From Hydrurus foetidus (taxonomy: Eukaryota), in NCBI GenBank assembly GCA_900617105.1, contig UYFQ01000291.1, forward strand, positions 1 through 39,597: 39,597 nucleotides of DNA, written 5' to 3'. The position numbers and the translations under genes are program-made. Below are positions 21,128-33,081 of the stretch, one piece after another (within the stretch, counting starts at the first letter, position 1; each line of letters starts with the position of its first letter). Under the pieces are notes generated by a model. The model worked only from the letters and a program-made list of their open reading frames with translations, was not told the DNA's origin and did not search any database.

Positions 21128-22246
21128 CTACTTGAAGAACACATCAGAGTCGTCCGTTGCATCGAATCCAGAGAGCAAGCTAGCAACTTCTTTCTGAGGC
21201 TCTTCTATTTTGAGAGATTTAACGCTCACGTCGGCATGTCCCGCCTCTGCTAATAGCCTAATAGCCTCCACCTTGTCAAGCTCATTTTGCTTCACTTGTT
21301 CTTCCTTCTTTTTCTTGACCATTTTCAGGCGTGTAAAATCCTCTCTCTCCAGTTCGTCAAGCTCTCTGTCAGTTATATGATATAATTGATTTAGTGAACT
21401 GGAGTACCATTACGTGAATATGCCGATAACCTCTAGTTCTTACCTATTAATGTAGTCAATAACACCCGTGATCTTGGGCAGCGTAACGTTTTCAAGAGCG
21501 TTGACTCGTCTGTTGGTGATCTTCAACGCTTCATCCATGGCAAGGAAAGAGGTCTGGAGAGAGGCCAGCTTGATCAAAGCTTTCAAATAATCACCGAATT
21601 TCTCACGACAGGCTGTAATTTTGCGGCCGCCTCCAACGAGTCCAAGATTTTCGGGTTGCTCTGCACCAGTTTCATACTGCGAGAAAACGGGCAGTTTTAC
21701 ACCTGCCACGTTATCAGTGCGAGATACGACCCTCACAGATGCAGTCATATTACTTTCCAGCACTTTCCCCCTAAAATTTCCTTTGGAGATTGTAGGGTAT
21801 GTATTCGATGAGCAAGATGTACGCGGTTACAAACGAGATAGAAAGATGGTCTTCAAAAGCTCACCGGCGGCATATTCGGCTTGGGTTAAGCTAAAGAACG
21901 CTGATGACGATTGATCTGACATGCCAATTTTTGTGGCATAGATGACTTTGCAGATGTCTCTGAAACGGACCTTTGCTCAATCGGGATAGTCTTTATTAGA
22001 AGAGGTACCTTTGTAAAAAATTCGGATGCAAATTATTTAGCAATAGAATACCTTCAGCGCGTCCGATTTACTTTTTAAGAGATCGAATCCTTTTTTTGCG
22101 GCGACTTGTTTGCCCTTAAATGTCTGAAGGTTCATTCTAGTTGGAGGAACCTGTTTTGTCGAGAATATTTGGAATCGAGTTAATTTTGGCCAATGTATTC
22201 GTGATCAAATGTTACGTTGCTCCGGCATTCAAATCACCTCTGCCAT
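21128..22246 (-). CDS. ATP6V1D: V-type proton ATPase subunit D (262 aa); exons 22246-22238, 22150-22052, 21970-21865, 21780-21444, 21365-21128
   Basis: Signature motifs PTRM, AKKGFDLLKSKSDALKVRFR, NVAGVKLPVF, LASLQTSF...DEALKITNRRVNALENV and ELDELEREDFTRLK. Splice phases are consistent (789 nt). Confidence 0.97.
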
Positions 22247-22693
22247 CTTTACTCAGGGACTGACAAGATCAATATCGCGATGATGGTGAAAGACTCCAGT
22301 ACTTCTTCTTTGAATGACCTGCGTTATAATTGACCTGTCGGCTGTCAGCTGTCAGCCCAATGCAATGTGCTCTGTACCCATACTCCATACCTGTCTATCG
22401 TATTGTACAGTAAAGTGCCGGAACTACCGGTACTATCTTACAGTACCTAACGGTTTCAAGATTATCTTATCTCAACTACAGTATAAACTTCTTCGGATGC
22501 AGCCACAATCTCTTCTTCATGATCGATGTATCCGTTGTCTAACGCCGCATGGCCTTTCAGGGGATTACTGGCATATAGTTGGGAATTATTCGTCTATTCA
22601 TCACGATATGGACGAAAATGAACAAGAATTAAATCAGGCATTTGGTTAATTGGGAAAATGATTTGTTGAGACTTCTTTTTCGTCGCCCTGAAG
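22247..22693. promoter_or_regulatory. Short divergent (bidirectional) promoter region
   Basis: 447 bp between the head-to-head starts of V-ATPase D and the B-box gene; contains tandem CTGTCA motifs at 22335-22355. Function inferred from gene arrangement only. Confidence 0.45.
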
Positions 22694-23947
22694 ATGGTAG
22701 TTTGTTCCAACTGTGATTTAACCTCGGCGACAGTTCAGTGCCAGCAATGTGCAGAATTCTGCGATGAAGGGGCGTCTTTCTGCACCGACTGCAGCGAATT
22801 TCATTTGAAGATAAAGAAATTCCGCGGCCATTTATTTACGCCTATTTCTTCAGTTGAACTCTGCAGCAACTGTGAATTGAATCTAGCTCAACACCGCTGC
22901 ATAGATTGCCCATTGAGCGATCAACAGTACTGCGATGGTTGTGTCGAGGTCCACGGTAAAATGAAAATATCGAAGTCTCACAGAGTTGTTTCCAATGGCT
23001 TCAACAAAACTTCCTTGACAGACAGCGTATCTTCCAGAAGCTCAAGTGATGCTAGAGAGAGCGAGAGCGAAGGACACCTTACAAAAACTGCAAGCAGTTC
23101 TTGGAGTGGAATTTCTATTGATGCAGCAGTATCTCGAGGCAGTGTAACTCGTCAGGATTCGGATCGTAGGCCTGCACCCCAGAGTTTCCAATTTAACGCA
23201 AGCGATTCAATGAAGAACTTGCATGACCGCTATCGCGAGTATACAAATTTTTCTGATACGATTGAGATGCTAAACTTCTTCGAGTTCAGTATTCTTGTTG
23301 ACAGTGTGCCATCCTCGAGTGTGATGATTTCCATCGTGGGCATTCTTGCCGTCATCATAGTATTTGCTGGGGAACTGATTTGCAGCGCTGGATCTTCTTT
23401 GGCAATAATAGTTGCTGCAATTGCATTTCTGCGGTTCATGCAGTACAGGAAAGCGAGAATGAATAAAAACGATCCTCGACACACCCAGCACCTCCAGCCT
23501 CAAGAGAGCAGACGTAAGTCATTAGTCCGCTCGTCATCTCGTACCGAGAAAAGGGACCAGTTCTTGTCAGAACGAGTGCAGGTGAGAATTGATGAAATAT
23601 TGATAAATTGTGACTCTTAGTCGTAAGGCTCTCGGCATAACTCGAATCTAAACATACAATCACATTTCATCCTCAAGTCCATCCATTTCTCATGTTACTG
23701 CCAATATTTCATGCAGAAGCTCCACAGTATCGGCAAATTCGAAACTTTAAGATCGAGCATCGATTCGCTCGATGTAGATAAGGGTGGGGATGAGGAGGAA
23801 GAGGAGGAAGAGGAAGAGGAAGAGTTTCGTGATGAGTTTTTCTACAGACGACACAGTCAAGCAGCATCATTCCACAGGAGGGGCGTCAAAACGTACTTAG
23901 GGCGCTCTAAACATCTCAACAAATCTACACGCACTGGCATCATCTAG
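22694..23947 (+). CDS. Double B-box zinc-finger protein with a hydrophobic hairpin and acidic tail (about 372 aa); exons 22694-23581, 23717-23947
   Basis: Two CX2C...A...CX2C...CX2C...H...H units (CSNC..CQQC..FCTDCSEFH..GH; CSNC..CIDC..YCDGCVEVH..SH), a hydrophobic stretch VMISIVGILAVIIVFAGELICSAGSSLAIIVAAIAFLRF followed by basic residues, a phase-0 GT-AG intron and a poly-Glu tract. Confidence 0.8.
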
Positions 23948-24864
23948 AGGTGGGGATATCGGTAACGATTTTCCTACTACTATATGATCTGATTTTACTC
24001 CTTGAGCAGTTTTATCACACTACAGTATCTCACATGTGCCAGATTCTCGGTGCAGTGTAGCATCGCAGACATCATCTACACAATCGTCATAGGATCTTGT
24101 ATCTAGTATTTCTCACGATCCCACTTACTCACTTACTCAGTCTGACCTGTCTGGCGAGCAATCTATCGTCCATCACTCTAAGTATTGACGATCGAATGTT
24201 CTGTAAGACTCCAGGCTAAGGGTCGGAATTATTTATTTATGTATTTCGTTACTCTCGTATGCCTCTGAGAAGATTTCAAGGAGACCTATTCGGACCGAAT
24301 AGACATGAAATATTCTACTGACCTGACCAGACTTTAGATCAATTAGATTTAATTTAATTTGATGCGAGCTGATTCTATCCTGTCAGCTGTCAGATTGCTC
24401 TCTTTCACATTATGTCTGTGAAAGAAAGGATCTGTCCGGTACTGTTTCTGGGTCGTAAAGACTTGGCGCTTCTGTATGGAATCTCAAAATTAGGCATTTA
24501 CGATATAATAAAACAATTTACTTTTGACTTATGCTTCTCCCGCTCCGCCATACAAAGAGAACGTACGCAAGAGCATGTCGTACAGAGTAACGATAGTAGT
24601 CACACATTATGCAAATGTACAAAACAAAACATCTATCTCGACCTCAAGATGTGCGGCAGATCGAGAAGCGGCATGGGTGTCAGTGATCAGAGGGCAGGAA
24701 GTGTAACCGCGGCCCTTCATACGTTGGCACCCTGATCGTGGGGCGTCTATTGTACATATATGCTTTCATATGCTCAATGCATCCCTCGCTCCACTGATGC
24801 GCCTTCGCAGAGATCTTCACTGGACAGGACGCCTACAAGGGTGGAGCGCCTTTACGGCAATATG

Positions 24865-26409
24865 TTAGAGTTGGTCGACAGCCCATGTAGTCCAGTCGAT
24901 ATTTTTATTGAATTCATGTATGTCGCTCCACTCGTGGTCTTTCTTCGGTATCACCCACCCTCCCCCTCGAGAGTACGCATGGGAGTAGAAGGAGGTCACT
25001 GTGCTCTTCATCTCCGAGGGTGAAATCAAGGAGGAATATATTGAACGTTCGTACGGGTGTCCGTATCGTGCCGCCTTTGACAGCTTGTTGATGTTGGAAT
25101 TCAGTCGCAGTATGGGTCCTGAGTCTGTCAAGCGATCGCAGTGCCATCGGTACACTTCCTCCGTTTCAATGGGTCTACTCACAGCTTCTGCATCGCACTG
25201 AACAGAGTCAACAGACAGCAGCTCTCCCGTTAAGTTTGCTGTGCCGATGATAGAAGCCTTATCCTGGATCATACTAGCAGTCTTACATTGTGCTCTTTTG
25301 GTGTCCTCTAATTTGTTGAGATATGATGCCAAGGGAGTGAGGTCCACTCGAGGGAGAGTGGGTCGACTTCCCAGATCTATCATGGTTGTGTACTTTATCT
25401 CCAACTCGTAACGATTGTCAGAGTACAGGGCAAGTATTATGTCGAAGTCGCGCGTGATGGAAAACAAGCTGTAGTGGTATATGTGAGGACGAAAAATTGT
25501 GACATGAGTTTATGAATGTAGAGAGATACAATCTACTCTGCGTGGAGGGTTTCTTACTCGAAGGAAAAGAAGCTACATTGACAGACAGCGGCAGGCACTT
25601 GCGACTTTTATCGATCAGGGAGCATTACATAATAAATCTGCGAACACTGGTCGTCTGTTGTTTCCTGTAGGTTACCTGTAGTAGTGGGTCGGGTCTACTA
25701 GATCAACGCAAACGAGACCTAGACTCGGTTCCTCCTGGTGAGGGGAAGAATTCACAATTGCATACTCCTTTAACACTCTCTCGTACTCCTCCGACCACTG
25801 ATGTCGAAAATTTTCAGCGTTCTTCAATACATCTCCAAATATTGGCAGAAAGTGATCAAATTTGGCGACACCATCCATCTCACCGTTTACCACCGAAATT
25901 TTAGACTCGAACGGCTTGTAGAATAGTCGCCTCTCCTCTGAATTAAGCCAGCACGTAATTTGAAGAGCAACATGCTGATACGGATGATCAAGGCGCAATT
26001 CTCTGAAGTCGCCGATACGCGATATTTCCCTTAGAATCTGCTCATATGTCTCAGCAAGATCAGGAAAGCAGCAGCACCAAGAGGCAGTGAAGCTGTCGAC
26101 ATCAAAATGATTCGAACTCACAAATCTCAATCCTTTCGTAAATTCCGCGTCACGAATGATCGAATTTAGAACTGCATCAGTGCTGGAGTCGCCCCGCAAA
26201 GAAAGGTCCATCATTTTTTTCTGATTCGGTCCCTTTAAATGATGAGTCAGTTGCTTGGCATCAGTATGTGAGCAGTCAACAACAAGAGTCTCAGGCATTG
26301 GTTCGCTTTGGAACGCTGTAAACGTGAGGGCACTGAAATTTTTGGTTCTTTTCGTTGGTAAACTTTTCAGCAAAATCGCAGCTGTCCACCAGCCGAAGAA
26401 AAGCTCCAT
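24865..26409 (-). CDS. DUF6687-like (DHH-phosphoesterase-related) protein, about 445 aa; exons 26409-25676, 25468-24865
   Basis: Motifs VVDCS...LTHH, GDSSTDAV, VSSNHFDVDSF, IGDF and NRYELEIKYTT resemble my recollection of DUF6687 (LSHW, ADTS, NNHFDxDG). A phase-2 intron joins YYS|LFS. The coding call is strong; the family name and start codon are less certain. Confidence 0.7.
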
Positions 26410-26992
26410 TTCTATCCCTTTCAAAAATGAATAAGTTCCGTTCACAAGTAGCTGTCGCGCTTATAGCTGCACAATACAAAGCTGGAATTTAACAACGCCC
26501 GCGGAGAAGAGGAATGATTGATGTCGTGCTGACGAGAGAACGGAGCGGATATCAGCGGCGTACTGTCGATCAAGATCCAGTTGAACAGCTCAAAGTAGAC
26601 CTTGCTGATCAAAAGCGTCACACTTTCCAAGAGTTTGAGTTCATTTGTTCCTATGAGCCCAGAAATTTAGTGGATTGATTTGTTGCTTCGTCATAAAAGT
26701 TAGAAGAACAGATTCGGATTCTCGGATCGATCAAGGAGAAGATCAAGAGATGCGATTGATGCGATGCCCAGAAATTTGGTGGAATTTCCGGCGTGGGTGC
26801 GGTGTATGATTGATTTTTCATCATGAAAAAATCGCATGAAAGAAAGTTTTCCTTTTCACTTCACACCTGAAGTGGGCTTCAACAACAAGATCTCCAGTAA
26901 ATGCATCTTCAACTCAGACTGCGCAGCTTCTTGATTGGTTATGCCTCACTGAAAGCGATGAACATAGTTTAACGTATTACAGTGGCACAGAA

Positions 26993-27719
26993 ATGCAGCA
27001 TTTTACCATGATGCTTCACTGCTTTCTGCTGCTACAAATGTCGCTGATTAGCGCGTACACAATCGCTGCAATGCCGGCCATTGATGTGCGGCCAGCAGCG
27101 ACATATGCAGACTTTTTTGACATCATAGCTCACAAGCACCAAGCTCATGCACTGCTCGCGGGGTACTCCAACATCGACGACTACTACCACAGTAGAATAG
27201 AGCGCATGCTGATGGATACGACAACGAAAAGCTTCATGGCATTCAAAGGAGAAATTCTCGTTGGCTGTGCGGATTTATTGACGAGGAATGTTGGTACTTT
27301 TTATCACGTACAAAACGTTATCGTCGATCGCGATCATCGGAGGTAGTGAAATTATCCATGTTTTTACTATCAGAGTCCATTCACTGAACTCGCATCATAT
27401 CATTATCACCATTAGATGCGGAGTTGCTAGTTCAATACTACGCGCTGTAGCCGATTATGTTGCCCTCGAGAACTATAAATTGCCCGAGACAAACGAAGGC
27501 AATAAGTTACAATACGTGGTACTAGAATTGGATGTTGATCGATCTAATGAAAAAGCAAGATCGCTGTATATCAAGAATGGATACAGTCCAAAATTCAGCT
27601 GGAGAAATCTGGCGAATCATCGCCAAAGGATGTCGAAAGAAATTCAAGTTAGACCAGCTAGAAGTGAGTTGCCTCAAAGTACAGAATACCGAACATCTGT
27701 CATCAAATTAGCAATTTAA
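26993..27719 (+). CDS. GNAT-family N-acetyltransferase with N-terminal signal peptide (217 aa); exons 26993-27342, 27416-27719
   Basis: Splicing creates the acetyl-CoA motif A (VQNVIVDRDHRRCGVASSIL); motif B follows (LELDVDRSNEKARSLYIKNGY). The hydrophobic N-terminus ends ISA|Y. Confidence 0.9.
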
Positions 27720-28260
27720 AGTCCAGAGACCAATGCTGGATCACATGTATTTGCCAACTACGAAATATTCTGTCTTTTATATGTTTAAAATAGACATAAA
27801 TAAGATTTAATTTACAGTATTTCGGAGCATCATTGACTCTGCAAGGTATTTTCCATCACTGAAAGGCACTGCCACTGTGCCGCTTGTCACAAGCTGCATG
27901 TTTCTCATGTCTTGTAAAAAATTGTTTACATCGAGACCACCCATACATCGTCAGTAGAGCAGAAGAAATTCTTGACCTCACGGGGAATGATTGTTCTCAA
28001 AGTGATTTTTCTCGAATCAAATACACTTTGATCGCAGATGGAGTTCCTCGTGCAATAAATATAGTGGAATCCGATGTAGACCGAAGTGGCGGTAATAAAA
28101 GTTCCCGAGGAGACTGCAGTTAAGGGAGTGCATTATTTCAGGTACAGATCTGCCCCACACACAATGTGTGTTAAGCGTCAAATGCAATGGCAGCAGTTGC
28201 AGTAAGAGATACAAATGCAATGGAACATGAGAAGACGCCCGGCTTCCCTCTTCAGCGTTG

Positions 28261-30396
28261 TCAGTGATGATGTAGAACTTCACTCCACCGCCTTTTGCAG
28301 TCCTCAAATACAGCCATTGTAATAGCCGTGCTGGGGGTGTGAAAGAGAACCCTCGCTCCCGCCCCCCTGAACAGTCCCCTCCAGCCCTCCTGTCGGTAGA
28401 CCTTTCGCAGCATAGACCGTAAACCCGAAGTGCCCTCTAATCCACCTCCACCTCCACCTCCTGCGTTACCGCTGCTTCCACGTTCAATCTTAGGAATGAA
28501 AAGGATTGACAGTCAAGAGATGTAAGTACATATGTCGCGACAGCAGAATAAAACACGAATGTAATCCATCAGAAATGGCTCTATGAAACGCTTTCTATCT
28601 AAATGTATCATATTCCCTGGACCCATTTTGTTAACACAGACAACACAAAACTTGAAACAAAGTTCTTTCACTTCTGTAGTGACAACTAGACTCATGTAAC
28701 TGACGTCAATAATTATCAGCAATTACCAGGAATCCATTTAAGGCGTAATATACAATATATGGCTTCTAGCTCCGTAGATGGGTGGTACTTCTCTATTGAG
28801 ATGCAGTAAGATTGGGATTGACTCACCTGTAGGCGGAGTTTTGCAAGGTCCAATGGATTAGTGACGGCAGATGCTACACCCCCTGCAATGGCAGAGCTGC
28901 AAGAAGGAGTAGATTGATTGTGAAAATGACTGCAATAACATGCTGAGTAGAGTAGAGCACTGACTGGTACTTGTCGTGGCTCTAGACTAAGGCAGCGGCA
29001 ATGAAGGCGGTTCTAATAATTTATAGACGCAAATCGCCAAAATGTGAGATGATGTCCAAAATACTGACTGAAGTAAGGTCTGAGAGCGGTTGAAATCACC
29101 ATCTCAACCCCGTATTCGTGTGCATTCTCGGACATTACATTCTGTTTTGATGATACAACGCTATATGTGTGAGGCGATGTACTTTCAACATTCATCACTG
29201 AAATAGGGTGGGAAAATAGAGTGCTAGAGTTGTTATAAAAGTGAATTTTGTGTCGCAGCCTGCATGCTGATTTAAATAAGGTGAATAATCTTGTTCACTG
29301 GTAGAGATCTCAATGCAACGAAAGCGATGTGGATTGTAATACAAATACTGTAAGGCAGATATCGCTCACCATTGAAGCGTCTCCCAGAATATCATTGGCT
29401 GCTCCTCTGCGTAAGAACCATCATTTGGGGCGTAGCTGCCTTCCTTTTTCAGCGATGTGAAAAGAAGGTGGCGCCTCTTTTTCAGCTGGACATGTTCATA
29501 TCGATGTTCATGAGGTGGGCATCATCAGTCATCAGCACAGTAGGGAATAGGCCAACTGAGTTGCATCTCATTAGATCAAGTTTTGTATGATACTACGTGT
29601 CCACCAGAGCCATTACCTCTTCATATAGGAAAAAATAAAGCGCTGAAAAGGGTCCGTAAGACATCAGCGTCGCTCCGTAACCGCGATATATGCCTCTCAA
29701 ACCCTCTTGTTGACAAATCTGTTTAAATGCATCTAAACTTCCTGTATATTGAGGTAAAGTTCCATTGATGTTGCTTGCATAAATCTTAGAGTTCGGTGTT
29801 TGCGATGAAGATTGAATCTGAACTTGTAGCCGCTCTTTCACTACATCCACCGGAACGAATACGATGCAGCTGAATATTGTAATATATTGAGATAATTTAG
29901 CACATGGTCTATAATTTAATGCATGAACGGGAGCCATTATCGTTCTCATGACGTAGCAACTTTATCGATGGCAAGGTGAGGTTGAAGTCGTACCATACTG
30001 CTTCAGCTATCATTCCAGCCGTGACATACACCACAAACGGTGAATCTTTTATAATCGGCAGCGTAAGGAATTTCTCTTTGCAGATCTGTTTGCCATCGAG
30101 AGTACTTCCGTCAAGTTTCACTAGTTGAAGGATCAGTCAAATTCTCGAGGAACTGTGGTTAACATGCATGGTACGGTCGTCACCTCATATGTAGTCATGT
30201 AGATGCAAACTCCGGGAACGCCCCCGACTACTACAGCTCCAACGCCTCGATACAGCGCACCGATTCCCTCGACAGATCTAAATGCTGATTGTCCGGCCTG
30301 GAGTCTCGATTTTATGGTATCTATTGGATGGCAAACTACTCTTGAAATTAGGCCTGCACTCGCACTTCCGAGTATGGTGGGATAGTAATCGGTCAT
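28261..30396 (-). CDS. Mitochondrial carrier family (SLC25) protein, 323 aa; exons 30396-30184, 30085-29994, 29869-29617, 29485-29370, 28896-28827, 28488-28261
   Basis: Three PX[D/E]XX[K/R]X[R/K] signatures (PIDTIKSR, PVDVVKER, PLDLAKLR) and three EG..GLYRG-type motifs. Splice phases give 972 nt. Substrate not assignable by eye. Confidence 0.93.
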
Positions 30397-30992
30397 ATTG
30401 AAAGTGCCCAGCAAAGCCTGCGTTCGATTTGCTGCTGGAGCAATATCTCGGGTAATTTCACACACGAAGTTGTTGACAAGCTGGTGCTTACGAACGAGAG
30501 GTGACAACCGCCACCACTACAAAAGTTGTTGCCGTGATTTCCCAATTATGCTTAATTTGTTACGGGTTGCTATTGCAACGACTCGAATCCGTCAGAGGCA
30601 GACTTGAACTTGGTCGAGATAACAGTCAAGTCTCAAATGTTAGTAGTGCAGAGTGCAGACAACATCCTAGTCGTAAGAAGTCTTCAGTCACTTCTCACTT
30701 CGTTACATGGATGATAATTATCGAGAATCAAATATTACTGAATTCGAATCAAATAATAATTATTCCGTTCAAAATAAATTCCGTTTATTTCTGGGGCAAA
30801 TAGTAGTCAGTCGCACCAAAATTCCGTTGCATTCCGACTCAAATATTGGTGAAATCAACCAATTTTCGGATTGAAATTCAAGATTATTTCAAGCCACTTT
30901 GTTAACGGACACTTCGTTTCGAAAGTATTGATCATTGATCACAGTCACTCAACTCTCAACTCAACTCCACTTCGCTCTGCATAATATCATCG

Positions 30993-31626
30993 ATGACACA
31001 ATTCTGTGTCACTGATGACATAATTCAACGAATTATGGTAGCATCAACTGGGATGAGCAGAATGTCTCCTGCTGCTGCGAGACAACTGTTAAAGTTGGCT
31101 CAAAGGAAGTCGCGCTGTGAGGAATTCTCACAGCGATATTGCGACGCCGTGGAATGCTATCCAGCGAGATGAGACTGTCGAGGCTTGGATACAAACAGGT
31201 TTCGCTAGTGAAGAATTGATCCTCATATCATTGAGCTGAACTCAATTCCCCTCTCAATATATCCTGTCTCACCATATCCTGCCACCGCTTAATTTCGATG
31301 CTACTTTTACAAGAGGCGAAAAGGATCTTCGGTCAAATTTTGGATTGGCTGCGAGTATGATCAGCGTACTTCTCGGCGTAACTTCGCTTTACACCCGCTC
31401 GCTCTGGCGGTAAGCTTCAATTAATTCCGCTATTCATTTTCCAAGTAGCGTGCCATTAAATGCGCTTACGAATTTCTCCTAGGTCCAGCAGTCATGCTGT
31501 GGTCGTGGGTTGTGATAGGCTACATCACTGTAATCTTGGTATCAAGTCTCGCTGATGCCACCTCCTTCGAGTCATCATCATATGTGATTCTCATCGGATC
31601 GTTGACTGGAGCATCAACTTTCACAG
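30993..31626 (+). pseudogene. Captured 5' fragment of an amino-acid/choline/GABA permease (APC superfamily, ACT/BAT1-like) with introns retained; exons 30993-31198, 31314-31409, 31483-31626
   Basis: Spliced translation ...DLRSNFGLAASMISVLLGVTSLYTRSL/GGPAVMLWSWVVIGYITVILVSSLA matches the ACT-family TM1-TM2 pattern SNF.....IS.L.G...LY...L..GGP..M.W.W...........S.AE. There is an in-frame TGA at 31170 and a frameshift near 31405. Similarity stops at about 31553. Exon 1 is the least certain part. Confidence 0.72.
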
Positions 31627-31686
31627 GTGTCAATAATGAAAAATCTATTTCTATTAAACACAACGTATCCACATCAAACCAAATCA

Positions 31687-33081
31687 TTGCTCGTGTATAG
31701 GGATAACGCTGCTCAATTTTGTTTCACATGTCCACACTCACTGCATGCAACACACTGTATAATTCATTTCAATTCACATCACATCACATCACATCACATC
31801 ACATCACATCACTGCTTGTGTATAGGGATAACGCTGCTCAATTTTGTTTCACATGTCCACACTCACTGCATGCAACACACTGTAAAATTTTATTAAATAT
31901 GAATCTTTTCATTCTTTCTATTTTTGATTATCAACATCATCATCATTACTACATAGATAGCATTATACATTGCTTGACATATGCTTTCATTCACTTTATC
32001 AAACAGGTTGTACAACACGGAGAGGAGAGCATCGGTCAAGTTGTCATCAGTAGCATGCTGCATGTAGTAACTACTACCCTGGAGATGTAAGTGAATACTT
32101 TATTTACTAGTTACTCCTACTATCTCTCACATCACATCACATCACATCACATCACATCAATGCTTGTGTATAGGGATAACGCTGCTCAATTTTGTTTCAC
32201 ATGTCCACACTCACTGCATGCAACACACTGTATAATTCATTTAAATTCACCACATCACATCACATCACATCACATCACATCACTGCTTGTGTATAGGGAT
32301 AACGCTGCTCAATTTTGTTTCACATGTCCACACTCACTGCATGCAACACACTGTATAATTCATTTCAATTCACATCACATCACATCACATCACATCACAT
32401 CACATCACTGCTTGTGTATAGGGATAACGCTGCTCAATTTTGTTTCACATGTCCACACTCACTGCATGCAACACACTGTAAAATTTTATTAAATATGAAT
32501 CTTTTCATTCTTTCTACTTTTGATTATCAACATCATCATCATTACTACATAGATAGCATTATACATTGCTTGACATATGCTTTCATTCACTTTATCAAAC
32601 AGGTTGTACAACACGGAGAGGAGAGCATCGGTCAAGTTGTCATCAGTAGCATGCTGCATGTAGTAACTACTACCCTGGAGATGTAAGTGAATACTTTATT
32701 TACTAGTTACTCCTACTATCTCACATCACATCACATCACATCACATCACATCACATCACTGCTTGTGTATAGGGATAACGCTGCTCAATTTTGTTTCACA
32801 TGTCCACACTCACTGCATGCAACACACTGTATAATTCACCTCACATCACATCACATCACATCACATCACATCACATCACATCACATCACATCACATCACA
32901 TCACATCACATCACATCACATCACATCACATCACATCACATCACATCACATCACATCACATCACTGCTTGTGTATAGGGATAACGCTGCTCAATTTTGTT
33001 TCACATGTCCACACTCACTGCATGCAACACACTGTATAATTCAATTCAATTCACCACATCACATCACATCACATCACATCA
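31687..33081. repeat. Composite tandem array: seven copies of an about 72-bp unit separated by (CACAT)n tracts, with a 596-bp higher-order duplication
   Basis: Unit TGCTTGTGTATAGGGATAACGCTGCTCAATTTTGTTTCACATGTCCACACTCACTGCATGCAACACACTGTA starts near 31688, 31813, 32161, 32284, 32409, 32760 and 32965. The block around 31690-32285 recurs 596 bp later. Confidence 0.95.

Noticed and set aside
31687..33081. CRISPR-like repeat/spacer pattern and His-rich (HHITS)n ORFs
   Set aside because: The unit is about 72 bp, the spacers are (CACAT)n microsatellites or duplicated blocks, and the ORFs are microsatellite translations.
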